DNA of 63,986 nucleotides, the filler included, from Octopus bimaculoides (taxonomy: Eukaryota), in the NCBI RefSeq assembly GCF_001194135.2. It is 5 parts of 4 records of this genome, joined end to end, with 100 filler letters (N's around TTAATTAATTAA, not from the genome) between each part and the next. Parts side by side here need not be neighbours in the genome. Positions count along the whole stretch, not along the records: positions 1 to 23,407 come from NC_068982.1; 4 more parts are not named here. The stretch is one strand, 5' to 3'. Under the pieces are notes generated by a model that was not told the origin of the DNA, ran no database searches, and was given only the letters and a program-made list of their open reading frames with translations. This document shows, one piece after another, positions 1-12,405 of this stretch (positions are counted from its first letter, which is position 1; the number at the start of each line of letters is the position of its first letter). The position numbers and the translations under genes are program-made.

Positions 1-37
<37 letters not shown>

Positions 38-243
38 ATGTAATGCTCAGATTACTTAAATAAATGGAGTAGCATGAAACGTGCATACTGCAATAACCTT
101 TAAAATCCCTGTTGCTTTTTTTGATTTTTGATCTCCTTGTTTTTGGAATTGTTTGGATAATACCATACTATATTCTGGTGCCTAAACTTAAGAGCCACAT
201 TCAATTTTGAATCTAAATTTTATATATATATATATATATATAT

Positions 244-390
244 GACGGGCTTCTTTCAGTTTCCATCTACCAAATGCATTCACAAGGCTTTGGTCAGTCT
301 GAGGTTATAGTAGAAGATACTTTCTCAATATGCAACACAGTGGGACTGAACATGTGGTTGGGAAGCAGGCTTCTTACCACACAACCAGTA
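244..390 (-). mobile_element. tRNA-derived SINE family B, 5' half
   Basis: Reverse complement of the head/core seen in fuller copies at 13915-14290, 58411-58806 and 60105-61525 (gacgggcttctttcagtttccatctacc...cttaccacacaacc). Confidence 0.8.
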
Positions 391-418
391 AACAAATAAA
401 TGATAGTACACATTTCAT

Positions 419-450
<32 letters not shown>

Positions 451-1118
451 TGGCTCCACCTAAAATGTTAGACTTTTTCATCTTTCCATGACAATATAAT
501 TTGCTTTGCCTACATTTAGTGTTTGAAAAAGACACCATAATTTTTCTGTTATGAATAATCACAGTTATATATCCACCTCTCATCTGCATAGGGCCATAGA
601 GATTGGAAATTAATCTGGAGACAAATATTGGCACTGTGGATCTTTAAAAATGCAAATAATATTTTATGGTCTTTCCTCCCTCCATATTTCCAAGGCCAAT
701 CCCATATCTCCTCTATTAATCATTTGCAATGACCTGTCTGTCTGTTTTTCAATAATAATATTACAGCCCCACATTCTAGGTCACAGACACATATGCACAC
801 ACACACACGAACACATACATGTACNNNNNNNNNNNNNNNNNNNNNNNNNNNNNNNNNNNNNNNNNNNNNNNNNNNNNNNNNNNNNNNNNNNNNNNNNNNN
901 NNNNNNNNNNNNNNNNNNNNNNNNNNNNNNNNNNNNNNNNNNNNNNNNNNNNNNNNNNNNNNNNNNNNNNNNNNNNNNNNNNNNNNNNNNNNNNNNNNNN
1001 NNNNNNNNNNNNNNNNNNNNNNNNNNNNNNNNNNNNNNNNNNNNNNNNNNNNNNNNNNNNNNNNNNNNNNNNNNNNNNNNNNNNNNNNNNNNNNNNNNNN
1101 NNNNNNNNNNNNNNNNNA

Positions 1119-1580
1119 GCTCTTACCTCTGCTGGTGACAAAGGGACTCTCACTCAGAGTAAAAGGCAGACTGTATGACACATGTGTACGAACAGCCATG
1201 CTACATGGCAGTGAAACATGGGCCGTGACTGCTGAGGACATGCATAAGCTTGCAAGAAACAAAGCCAGTATGCTCCGATGGACCTTCGAACTTTAGGCCT
1301 CACCGAAGCAATGACCAGTGACCGGGACCTTTGGAAATATGCAGTACGTGAGAAGACCTGGCAAGGCAAGTGAGAGCATAATCTGTGACCTCTGCCAGAA
1401 GTGTAGCCAGCTCACTAATTCGTATCTTTACTTCATTGGACACTAAAAACTAAAAACTCTGCTTGCGAGGACCTGTTGAGGCAAGTGAATTTGCAATTTA
1501 AAATTTGCAATTTGAAATCTGAAATCTGAAATCGAACCGAATTCGATGACTGGCACCCATGCCAACCTCTCCTTGGGTGA
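1119..1580 (+). mobile_element. RTE-clade LINE 3' fragment (post-RT region and 3' UTR, internally deleted)
   Basis: LLPLLVTKGLSLRVKGRLYDTCVRTAMLHGSETWAVTAEDMHKLARNKASMLRW is a typical RTE C-terminal segment. It continues the same protein family as 4745-6010. Confidence 0.85.
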
Positions 1581-2689
1581 TGTGTTACATAATAGACAGG
1601 TTCTAGTATTAATTGTTCAAAACACAAAAATTGTGAAGATATATTAAGCTAATCAAAGTATAATTAGCTAAACAGGAGGTCTATAAGGGCTAGTGGGTCA
1701 GGAGATATCACTATATAATCACAATGGTAATTCTATTACACAGGCTCAGCTATGAAGTGAAGAGAGGGTATAAATGCTGTCATGGAAAAACAGGGGCTGG
1801 CTGACTAAATAACGCTTTTAATATATTTGAATATATGGGCAATTTTATGAACACATGAAACCCTAAGATCTAATTTATTATTCATTAAATTATCTTATTT
1901 CTATATTTTAATATTTCATATAGCTCCATATATTTAATACAGCACCCATATCAGCTGTTGAAGTATGGTTGAGCTCTACAAATTATATTTCATATTATGT
2001 TAAATTTGAGTTCCCAAACCTTCATGGATAATGACCTACTATTAGCCTTATGTCTAAGTTTAAAAGACGAGAGGTGATTGCCCCAGTGGCTTTTCCAGGT
2101 CAACTGAGTAACTGATATAAGTAAAGACATTAGTGTCTGTTTTTAAATACATTTTATACATACAGTTCCTTCTCTATGTCTGATTTTTTATAATCTATAA
2201 TAAGAAATTAATTTTTTCATATTTCACTCCTCCTGTATTTTACTTATCTATGGAGTTTGTGTATTATATTGCCCTACCATTCTACGATTATTTTGTACTT
2301 AAGAAGGTTGTATTTATCTAATTTTTTGCCTACCTTCTTGAATATTCATGGGTCAAACAGGTACGCAACATCAACTATATAGCACATGTGGTGCATTTTG
2401 TTGATCACCACTAGGTCCAGTCTGTCTGGATTGAGAAATCTCAAAAGATTTTGCAAGTCCACGTCTTCACCACTCTGTGGTTTGTGCTCATACTGTGTCT
2501 TGCCTCTCTCTAGCCCCCACTTTTTGCATTATTATTATTATTAATTTTATGCTACAACTATACCCTTTACCTGCTATCATACTGTATCCTGTTATATTGC
2601 ATTTCTTTTAGCTTACTCCCAGTATACTATTTCTAACCACTTTTTTATTGTTTTAATTACCTTTATAATTACTACATGATATTTATTAT

Positions 2690-3590
2690 TATTATTATTA
2701 TTATTGTTCAGTAGTTTTATTTTTATAACGTGCTTTCACTTCACTACCGAGCGCAGCTCTGTGCACCTTGGGTATGTGCTGTGGTTTGCTGTGGTGCTCT
2801 TATGTTTACTGTATTGAAAGTGTTTTGCGTAGAATGTGTGCAGTACCCAGTAGTGCAATTTTCTGTATGTTATATATATTTGTAAGTCCTGGTATTTTTG
2901 TTATGTATTTGTCTGAATATTTTTTTATTATACCTAAGGCACCTACTATGATAGGAATTATTTCTGTTTTTAGATTCCACATTCGAGTTATCTCTATTTC
3001 CAGGTCTTTGTATTTTGAAAGTTTTTCCATTTCTTTTAGAGAAACGTTGTNNNNNNNNNNNNNNNNNNNNNNNNNNNNNNNNNNNNNNNNNNNNNNNNNN
3101 NNNNNNNNNNNNNNNNNNNNNNNNNNNNNNNNNNNNNNNNNNNNNNNNNNNNNNNNNNNNNNNNNNNNNNNNNNNNNNNNNNNNNNNNNNNNNNNNNNNN
3201 NNNNNNNNNNNNNNNNNNNNNNNNNNNNNNNNNNNNNNNNNNNNNNNNNNNNNNNNNNNNNNNNNNNNNNNNNNNNNNNNNNNNNNNNNNNNNNNNNNNN
3301 NNNNNNNNNNNNNNNNNNNNNNNNNNNNNNNNNNNNNNNNNNNNNNNNNNNNNNNNNNNNNNNNNNNNNNNNNNNNNNNNNNNNNNNNNNNNNNNNNNNN
3401 NNNNNNNNNNNNNNNNNNNNNNNNNNNNNNNNNNNNNNNNNNNNNNNNNNNNNNNNNNNNNNNNNNNNNGTCCTGAGCTTCTCAGCCATTGCTGGGATTT
3501 TTCTCTGTCTATTTCTTTCGCATTTAGTTTAGCCCAGTATTTACCATGTAGGGGCTTTTCTTGCCATCGTTTTATCATGGTCCGTTGCTG
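2690..3590 (-). mobile_element. R4/Dong-type non-LTR retrotransposon, 5'-truncated, restriction-like endonuclease region (gap inside)
   Basis: RWQEKPLHGKYW...QWLRSSG before the gap and KLSKYKDLEIEITRMWNLKTEIIPIIVGALGIIKK...IQKIALLGTAHILRKTL after it. A (TAA)n tail lies at about 2684-2706. Confidence 0.85.
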
Positions 3591-3633
3591 TTCTAGTTTT
3601 AGTTTGGATTTCATTTGTTTTATAGCTTTTGTT

Positions 3634-3664
3634 GTTTCTTCTTCTTCTTCTTCTTCTTCTTCTT

Positions 3665-3750
<86 letters not shown>
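3634..3750. repeat. Compound (TCT)n(TAT)n microsatellite
   Basis: Direct reading. The same compound recurs at about 39335-39443. Confidence 0.95.
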
Positions 3751-3751
<1 letters not shown>

Positions 3752-4744
3752 CTAATTTTTATTGATTTATATGAAACTTTTATCAGTTCAAATTTTATTA
3801 GTATCCAAATTCTTTCATTATGACTCCCCACTTTTTTTTTTATCATAACCTCTTTTTTCTACATGAATTGTTTTATCTACTTCAGTCTCTCTCTTACTAT
3901 TATCCCTTTGCTTTCATATAATGGTGTTATGGCATGCTATTAATGGTATACTTCCTTACCTATCTGCTAACAAGATGAATACTATCCTCATTCCCCCCTT
4001 TCTCCCTCTCCACCCTATAATAGAAGTCTGGTATTTATGTCTCCATCAAACATACTCTTAGCAATAAAGCTAGCATGGAGGGGACCTTAAACAGATGTAT
4101 TTATCAATCATTGTGAATCTTATCTTTTGCCTTTGATCCCATATCTCTAGTTAAATTGTATCTTAATTGTGGAGAGGAGACATTTGGCTGTCTCTTTTCT
4201 CTCCCCACCCACCTTGCCGACTAACCCTCTTCTAGACTATAAATCTTAGATATACCTCTCCAACATATGTCGTAGAGATGACCCCCTCCTACAAAACCAC
4301 TTGAATTTGGTTTATTTTGATTTGGCAAACTCATTTTGTGACCAGCGTCGATCATGGAATCACTGAATATGCACATGCCAAGGATTTGAAATTTTTTAAA
4401 TGTCCTTAAATGTATAATTCGTGAATTCATCTGAAGAAAATAGTTTTTTATAATGATATAATGTCCTCATTAATCAATTAAAAAATTGGAAACAGCCGTA
4501 ATGAATTGACACCTATCCATCATTTGTTATTTATTTATGATTCACCTCCCTCAGAACCTGCCCCTCACATGTTCTGAAGTATATTATGAGCTGCATATTT
4601 GATACAATGTCCATTTCAGAATTTGCCCAAGGGCTGATGGTGTACTCAGTTGGGTTCAATTAATTGTATACATAACCTGAATATCATTCTGCTAGTACTT
4701 CTGTACCAATGTTGTTATTTGTCTATAATTGATGTGTATGCATT

Positions 4745-6010
4745 TTAATTTTGACCCAACCCGGTGCCTTGCCATATAAGTGCCTTAATCTCTGAACTTT
4801 TCTCAGGCTACTCTTATTCTAGCCACTACACTCTCAGAGCATCCATCCTTGCTACTGACTTGGTCACCTAGGTAACAGGAGCTATCAACTACTTCTAGTT
4901 TTTTCCCCTGGCATGTGACGGAAGCTGTTTTCTGCACATTTTCAGTGTTTATATACCCCTGAACATTTGCCACACAAAAACTATTTTCTCAGTTAGCCTT
5001 CCCTTGATATTGCTGCACCTCTTATGTGTCCATAGCTTACACTGGGTACATCTTATGGAGTTTCTACCTACACCTTTTCTACAGATTGAGCAGGGCCATC
5101 TACCTGAAGGGATTTGTGATTTGTCTGCCTTCCTACTTATTGAGACTTTGGGTTTTGCTAGATTGACTCTCAGGCCCTTTGATTCTAGACCTTGCTTCCA
5201 TACCTGAAACTTCTCCTCTAGTTCTGGTAGTGACTCAGCTATTAGAACAAGGCCATCAGCATAGTGAAGCTCCCAGGGGCATCCTGTCCTGAATTCCTCT
5301 GTTATTGCCTGGAGGACTATGATGAATAAGAGGGGCTGAGTACTGATACTTGGTGGATCCCTACCCCTATCTGGAATTCTTCACTATACTTATTGCCAAC
5401 CCTCACCTTACTGACAGCTTCCATGTACATGGCTTGTACAGCTCTCACTAACCACTCATTTGTCCCTAGTTTTCGCATTGACCACCAGATAAAGGATTGA
5501 GGGTCCCTGTCAAAGGTTTTCTCCATGTCAACAAAAGCCAGGTACAGAGGTTTATCTTTGGCTAGGAATTTCTCCTGCAGCTGTCTTACCAGGAATATAG
5601 CATCAATGGTGCTTTTCCCCCTGCACAAAACCAAACTGCATCTCATCTAAACCAACTCTCTCCCTAATTAGTTGGGCTATGTCCCTCTCCGTGACTTTCA
5701 TTACCTGATCCAACAACTTGATACTTCTGTAATTATTAGTATCTAATACATCACCTTTACTTTTGTAGCAGTTGAGTATGGTGCTGCTACACCAGTCAGT
5801 GGGTATGACTCCTTCATGTATCACCTAATTGACTATACAGGTAGCTAGACTATAGCTGACACCACCAAATATTTTAAGCATCTCTGCAGTGATTCCTGAT
5901 GGGCTGGGGACTTTCCCTGTTTTCATAACCTTAATTGCTTTATCTACCATGGTACTGTCAATTCGGATAGCTGGTCCCTCTGTTGGGTTGACATTCGGCA
6001 GACTCATTCG
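4745..6010 (-). mobile_element. RTE-clade LINE reverse transcriptase fragment (degenerate) with internal PHD-like finger
   Basis: GVIPTDWCSSTILNCYKSKGD..NYRSIKLL..QFGF..STIDAIFLVRQLQEK..LYLAFVDMEKTFDR..VGIHQ.SVLSP..PWELHYADGLVL (YADD-like) spread across frameshifts, followed by CSIC..CTQC..HKRC..C.KC. Confidence 0.92.
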
Positions 6011-6089
6011 AATGAAATACTCAATTAATATTCCGAGCTGTCTTTGATGCTGTATTTCCAAGAAAGAACTCATATTTCAAAACTGTACT

Positions 6090-6930
6090 AATTTCTAACT
6101 TATCCATCTCTAAACAAAAATAGCAAAAAACGATTTATGAATACTTTATAAAGCACAAAATGAGGAAAAATAAAGAAATAGATGTGTCAGCTTTCTAACA
6201 GAAAATAAAGATTGTCAAAATATAATAATGGCGCAAAATGAGCAGCTGTCAAAATGTACCATATACCTCACTACAAATTTCATACCCGATGACCTAATAC
6301 ATCATATTTCTTGACATAATGTCTCCAAAGAAGAGATCCTCCATTGGTTGAAAAGCAGCAGTAGCAGAAAAATTGAAAAGAAGAGCAAATGAATCATCAA
6401 ATGAGACTTCAATTAGACAATCACAAAATACTACATGTACAGCTACTGCAAGAGCAACTGAAAGAAATGAGCAGTGTAGCAATTTGCCTTGCCAGGAATG
6501 CTGCATTAACAACTTCAACCAATCCCATCCCCACTTACCACATCATTTCTTTCATGTAGATTTTTCTCATGTGGTACTTTTGAATATGTCCACATGCTAA
6601 ATTTATCACATAGATGTAGTTCCTTTGTTTGCTGATTGTTCAGTGTGGTAGTGGTAGCACTGATAGCTGCAAAGGAGAGTATATCCACTGAGATCTTTTT
6701 GGTGCGTTCAAAAATCACATCCCCCACCACATCTCCATGACAAGGTTAGGATCTGGAATCTTCCAAACAGAAGCATGACATGTCGCTTAGTTGAATTAGC
6801 CCTTCATAAACTCTGCAAATGTTTTGTCATCAATGCTGCACTTCCCTGTATCACATGTTTCAACTTAACTGTACCACATATACAAGCTAAGCCATTTAAA
6901 TCCTGAGCAACGCCGGGTGTATCTGCTGAT
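6090..6930 (+). mobile_element. Possible decayed Helitron-like element
   Basis: The 3' end cctgagcaacgccgggtgtatctgctgat (about 6902-6930) resembles the ...gcaacgccggg...ctag terminus recalled for animal Helitron-like repeats. No Rep/helicase motif can be read with confidence. Confidence 0.3.
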
Positions 6931-7260
6931 AACTCATAATTATGCCTTTAACTCCACTGCCTACCATTGTGAACCCAGTTAGCTTGTCACCCAACCAATT
7001 AATTGTAAGTGATATTAAAGAAACAGTGATAAATTATACATAACAATAAAAATAAATAACAGAAGTAAAAAAATAAAAAGAAGAACAGCAAGATATCTGG
7101 AAGTATTCTTTTGCTAACACACCTTTATTTAGTATTACGTCCCACACAAGACACTATCTACCTCTATATATATCTTGTCTCTATGGCTTTTTCTTATGGC
7201 TGTGTTGTTGTTGGTATTGTTTAACCTCCGGATCAGCATTCCATACATGTTCACTTTTGT

Positions 7261-7305
<45 letters not shown>

Positions 7306-8089
7306 NNNNNNNNNNNNNNNNNNNNNNNNNNNNNNNNNNNNNNNNNNNNNNNNNNNNNNNNNNNNNNNNNNNNNNNNNNNNNNNNNNNNNNNNNNNNNNN
7401 NNNNNNNNNNNNNNNNNNNNNNNNNNNNNNNNNNNNNNNNNNNNNNNNNNNNNNNNNNNNNNNNNNNNNNNNNNNNNNNNNNNNNNNNNNNNNNNNNNNN
7501 NNNNNNNNNNNNNNNNNNNNNNNNNNNNNNNNNNNNNNNNNNNNNNNNNNNNNNNNNNNNNNNNNNNNNNNNNNNNNNNNNNNNNNNNNNNNNNNNNNNN
7601 NNNNNNNNNNNNNNNNNNNNNNNNNNNNNNNNNNNNNNNNNNNNNNNNNNNNNNNNNNNNNNNNNNNNNNNNNNNNNNNNNNNNNNNNNNNNNNNNNNNN
7701 NNNNNNNNNNNNNNNNNNNNNNNNNNNNNNNNNNNNNNNNNNNNNNNNNNNNNNNNNNNNNNNNNNNNNNNNNNNNNNNNNNNNNNNNNATATATATATA
7801 TATGCGCAACTCTACCCTGTACTGTTCTCTCTCTCCCCCTTTCATTTTCTCTCTCTCCCCCTTTCGTTTTCTCTCTCTCCCTTTCTCTGATTCTTTTTTC
7901 TCCCATTCTCCCCCTTTCGTTCTTTCTCTCTCATCCTTTCTCTAATTCTTTTTTCTCCCCTTCACCGTTTCTATCTGTTTGTCTCTCTCTCTTTCCTTCT
8001 TCCTCCTTTACTCTCTCTCATTGCTCACATGTGACCATCGTCCATTTTTCTTTTCCTCACGTGATCATCTTTCTTTTCCTTCAGCTGTC

Positions 8090-8420
8090 ACACAGACCAG
8101 ACGCATTCTTATCTGTCTCCTCTCCTATCTTTTCTCTTGTCAAAGGATATTCCTCCAGCATTCGCTACCTTACCTCATCTGGCCTAACGGCCCTCCATGT
8201 TTGTTTTCATTTGGTTTGTCGTATGTTTCCACTATCATGTTTTTGTTACCAACTTCGATCCTCTGCAAATCCCAAATTTTATTTTGGTTCGCAGGAGCAA
8301 CTGTTTATGAAGCCTCATATTGTTGTTAATTGCTCAAAATGTGGAGTAGATGAACAGCTGACAGCTGATGAAGGGTCGTTCTTTATGTTACTTGTCTTGT
8401 TTTCCGCTTGTTTGTCTCAT
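8090..8420 (+). mobile_element. Penelope-like terminal repeat (pLTR-type) fragment, old
   Basis: Aligns by eye with the arms at 34410-34700 and 34883-35060 (aatcccaaattttattt...gtggagtagatgaa...ctgatgaaggg...ctttatgtt). Confidence 0.55.
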
Positions 8421-9794
8421 TGTTTGCATACCCAGAACTGCATCATGCGCCACTGTCTACTTTCGCATGACTTCTATGACTGGATGCTCTTCCTAATGCC
8501 AACCACTTTACAGAATGCACTGGGTGCTTTTTTTTTATGGCACCAGCAATAGTCAGGTCATGTTTCGAAGTCTTGGATCAAGTCTATAAGTTCTCAGTAT
8601 ATATATATGACTACATTGTCATGTGCATCCTTTCTCTACTTTGAGACAGCAAGATAGCATTTGAAAGAGACTTGGTTGTGGTTTCTAGCTAATCAAGCAA
8701 ATACATTGAGGCTTCTCTGTTGTCTCACTATAAGCATGCAGTGTTAGAAAAGAAGTACATTTGGTTAGTTGGTGCAATTGATTGGATACTGACAAGATAC
8801 TGACACCAGCTGACCTGGTGATTTGTATCCTGTTGCCTTTCCTTAATGTTAGCAAATGACTCAGAAATAACACCCACTTGAGAAACAATGGTTCAGTTTC
8901 ATTTAGAATATTTAATGAAGACAAAGATCTAACAGGAAATATACAGTGAGGGGAAAATAATATAAATCATGGATTAATGTTAGTTTTTTAATTCTTTCAG
9001 ACACTATGGGTCTTATCTGATCTCTATAGTGAAGCATCTGATGTCTCTTTAACTTACTGATAGAATCATAACAACAAAAATTGCTTCAAATATTGTCACA
9101 AAGCCAGCAAGTGTATGTATGAAAGAGGGTGAATCGATGACATCAACCCCAGTATTTGACAGGTACTTAATTTTATTGACCCCCAAAAGAATAAAAGGCA
9201 AAATTGACTGCACAGGAGGGCAACAAAAGAACACACAAAAAACACACACAACACATGCACATGATCGTCTCTCATATCTTCATGCCAATATCCATTTAGG
9301 TTGTTCATTTTGGTGATGTCAACAGCAAAACATGGCTGGAATAAGTGAGTGGACAGTATTTGAAATCAGAACAAAAATGGACCAAAAGAAATGTAGCTAA
9401 GCATTTTCTCCAACATGTTAATATCCAACAACATAATATTCAATAACCAGGGCTGGCTGAAGACACTAGTAACCTTATAACATCAGCATGGTGCTAAAAC
9501 GTTTGTGGCAGATATAGTTCAGTAAACTGTCTCAGGTATTTTCACTAAGACAAAAGGAAAAGTCAACTTTGGCAGGATTTGAACTCATAAGTCAATATCT
9601 ATTTGAGTTATTTTTTTTATACCTTACTACATATTTATCTTCAGTTAGTCTTATATGCACACTACATTAAATATGTTAATACTAACTTAACAAAACTTTA
9701 TGCAAATAAAAACAAACATTTAATTTTGAATGGTCAGATTTCACTATTTGTAGTCCTTCAAGTTGCTCTTGTTTGAGTATGATTTCTAATAGAG

Positions 9795-9900
9795 TTACAA
9801 TGAACTAGCATGAGAACCTCAGCTAGAAATAGCTGCCAAATTCTTTTGAAACCACATCCTCTTGTCTTAAAAATAAATACTCATTGTACAATATAGTAAC
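9795..9900 (+). mobile_element. SINE-like family E fragment
   Basis: The gctagaaatagctgccaaatt...gtcttaaaa motif is shared with 12690-12800 (-), 44270-44470 and 53105-53330 (-). The family's ...gggctaaacaacaac tail is seen at 16960-17100. Confidence 0.5.
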
Positions 9901-10241
9901 TGGTATATGAAACATGGAATTGTCACAAGATCATCAATTGGAATGCAATGACTTAGCCAATTAAATCAAATCCAGTACTTCATGGGTACATTTTCAGTTC
10001 CCTCTGAAGACTGGAAGGTAAATCCAACCCAACAGGATTTGAACTTAGACAATAAAGGGGCATGGATCAAGACTTTTGTTCAAATGCAATCAGACAGGCA
10101 TAGCTATGTGGTTAAGAAGTTTGCTTTGCAACTTTTTGAGTTCAGTTATTCTGGATGGCACCTTGAGGAAGTGTCTCTGACTATAGTACTGGATTGACCA
10201 ATGTATTATGAGTGAAATTGGTAGACAGAAACTGAAGGAAG

Positions 10242-10475
10242 TTAGGGCAGCGAACTGGCAGAAACGTTAGCACGCCGGGCGAAATGCTTAGCGGTATTTC
10301 GTCTGTCCTTACGTTCTGAGTTCAAATTCTGCCGAGGTTGACTTTGCCTTTCATTCTTTTGGGGTCGATAAATTAAGTACCAGTTATGCACTGGGTCAAT
10401 GCAATCGACTTAATCCCTTTGTCTGCCCTTGTTTGTCCCCTCTATGTTTAGCCCCTCGTGGGCAATAAAGAAATA
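10242..10475 (+). mobile_element. SINE family A (tRNA-like head, Nin/Deu-like core) with 15-bp TSD
   Basis: ggcagcgaactggcagaaacgttagcacgccgggcgaaatgc...gttgactttgcctttcattctttt, flanked by the direct repeat agaaactgaaggaag (10227-10241 and 10476-10490). Confidence 0.9.
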
Positions 10476-10498
10476 AGAAACTGAAGGAAGCCTGTCAT

Positions 10499-10652
10499 CA
10501 TCATCATCATCATCATCATCGTTTAACGTCCGCTTTCCATGCTAGCATGGGTTGGACGATTTGACTGAGGACTGGTGAAACCGGATGGCAACACCAGGCT
10601 CCAATCTAAATTTGGCAGAGTTTCTACAGCTGGATGCCCTTCCTAACGTCAA
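10499..10652 (-). mobile_element. RTE 3' tail insertion with (GAT)n tail and 8-bp TSD
   Basis: Reverse complement of gttaggaagggcatccagctgtagaaac...aacccatgctagcatggaaagcggacgttaaac(gat)n. The TSD cctgtcat lies at 10491-10498 and 10653-10660. Confidence 0.85.
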
Positions 10653-10693
10653 CCTGTCATATGTGTGCATATATATGTGTGTGTGTGTATATA

Positions 10694-11565
10694 CAAGGAG
10701 GTACCCAAAAGAAACCTGAATTTTGCAATACTATTTTATTCACTTAGTTTTGGATGTTTACACTTTTATGGCCTTTAAAGCATTCTTAATTTGAAGCAAT
10801 GCATTGGTCCAGAGACATTTACACTATTTGAAGCAGTGCTGGAACTCTTGCAAAATGATGCCTTTTAATGCTTCCATCGTCTTTTTCTTCACCTCTTCCA
10901 CATCTGCAAATTCCATAGCCCTAATCTTTCGTCACCAGTGATGACCTTCGAAAAAAGGTCCGGATCAACTTCCAACTGTTCTTTCAGTTCACGACACACA
11001 TTCAATCATGACTGCTTTTCATCTTCCATGAGCAAGCAAGACAAATTTTGATGCAACTCTTTCCATTCACAATTCCTCACTCAAAATTTTTAGCAGGAGC
11101 TCCAGGATACACCAGTCATATGAAAAAGTTCCTTAATTGTTCAGTGATGGTCCTCCAAGGCTTTTCCTGATGTTTTCATTTGTTTGGGAGGTCGACAGCC
11201 ATCCTGAATGAGGTTGGTCCTCAAGTGACAAGTGACCATTCATAAACTTGTGTTTTGCTCATGGCAGCAACCTTGTAAGCTGTTTGAAGCATGAGAACTG
11301 TTTTGGTTGTTGTTTTCCCTACCAGAAAACAGAATTTCATGGAAGCACGCTCTTTCTTCATTTCAACCATCACAAAAATCGATGAACAGGGGAGAAGTAC
11401 TGCAAAACAAAGATGCATCACATGGCAGAATGGCCTCACTTGGCAATGCCAATCAGCAGACTGATGCCTGAGGATTGCGTCAAGTGCCTTCTAATAGTGG
11501 AAGCCTGAACTACAACAGTTTTGTCCCACAGAGAATGTTTCTGGTTACTTTTGGATACCCCCTCG
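10694..11565 (-). mobile_element. Internally deleted mariner transposon (TIRs and TA target present)
   Basis: TIRs are caaggaggtacccaaaagaaacctga and the reverse complement of tctggttacttttggataccccctcg, with TA on both sides. Protein remnants ERASMKFCFLVGKTTTKTVLMLQTAYKVAAMSKTQVYEW and FADVEEVKKKTMEALKG are present, but most of the catalytic domain is missing. Confidence 0.9.
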
Positions 11566-12159
11566 TATATATATGATTTGTTAAATTTTATTAAAATTAT
11601 CCCTGCCTCCAGAGAATGTGTTATAATTACCAAATGGCAATTAAAAACAGTTCCATATGAGAAAGGGAAATAATCCCAAGAATCAAGAATTCTTCAAATA
11701 TAACACGCCCTTTAAGGAAAAGGACAGACTTATTGCTTGGCAGTTGTGAACATGTGTTTCTGCCTCAATAGACATCATCACCATGACAATTGTCCTATCC
11801 TATCTTCAATAGCCAAGGGACTTAATCATATAAAAAAGAGTAGGATACATTTATGACCTAGGTAATCAAGAAGATATGTTGTATGGTATTTGTCTATGTT
11901 GTTCATATACATGCCACCAGCCACTCTGTGTATTTATTGTGTCTATGGCTTTCTTATGATTTTGTTGCTGTTGCTGTTATTTATCTTGGCTCATTTTTAA
12001 ATTATGCAAATTACCTAGGCCATAAATATGTATGAGTTTACATATACATAAATATACATACATCATGAGGTTTTTTTACCTGTTCTTTTTTTTTCTGTTT
12101 TACAAGTTACTTGGTGACTTCTCTAGTACCAGTGGCACAAAAACAGCACCCAGTACACA

Positions 12160-12405
12160 CTTACTCATTCTAAAACAGTTGGCGTTAGGAAGGGCAGCTA
12201 GCAGCAAAAACCATGCTAAAGGTGACATTGGAGCTCGACACGGCCCTGCAGATTGCTGGATCCTGTCAAACCAGCTAACCCATGTCAGCATGGAAAACAA
12301 ATGTCAGACAATGACGACGTCGACAATGATGACAATAATGATGATGACCATGACCATGATGACGACGACAACGATGATGATGATGATGACGACAACGATT
12401 ATATT
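12160..12405 (+). mobile_element. RTE 3' tail fragment with degenerate (GAT/GAC)n tail
   Basis: ggcgttaggaagggcagctagc...aacccatgtcagcatggaaaacaaatgtc followed by a gat/gac run. Confidence 0.75.

Larger units (their letters stand above)
10085..10690 (+). mobile_element. SINE family B copy hosting nested insertions
   Basis: The head gctatgtggttaagaagtttgc...ggtagacagaaactgaaggaag is interrupted at 10241 and resumes at 10476 and 10653. Confidence 0.75.
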
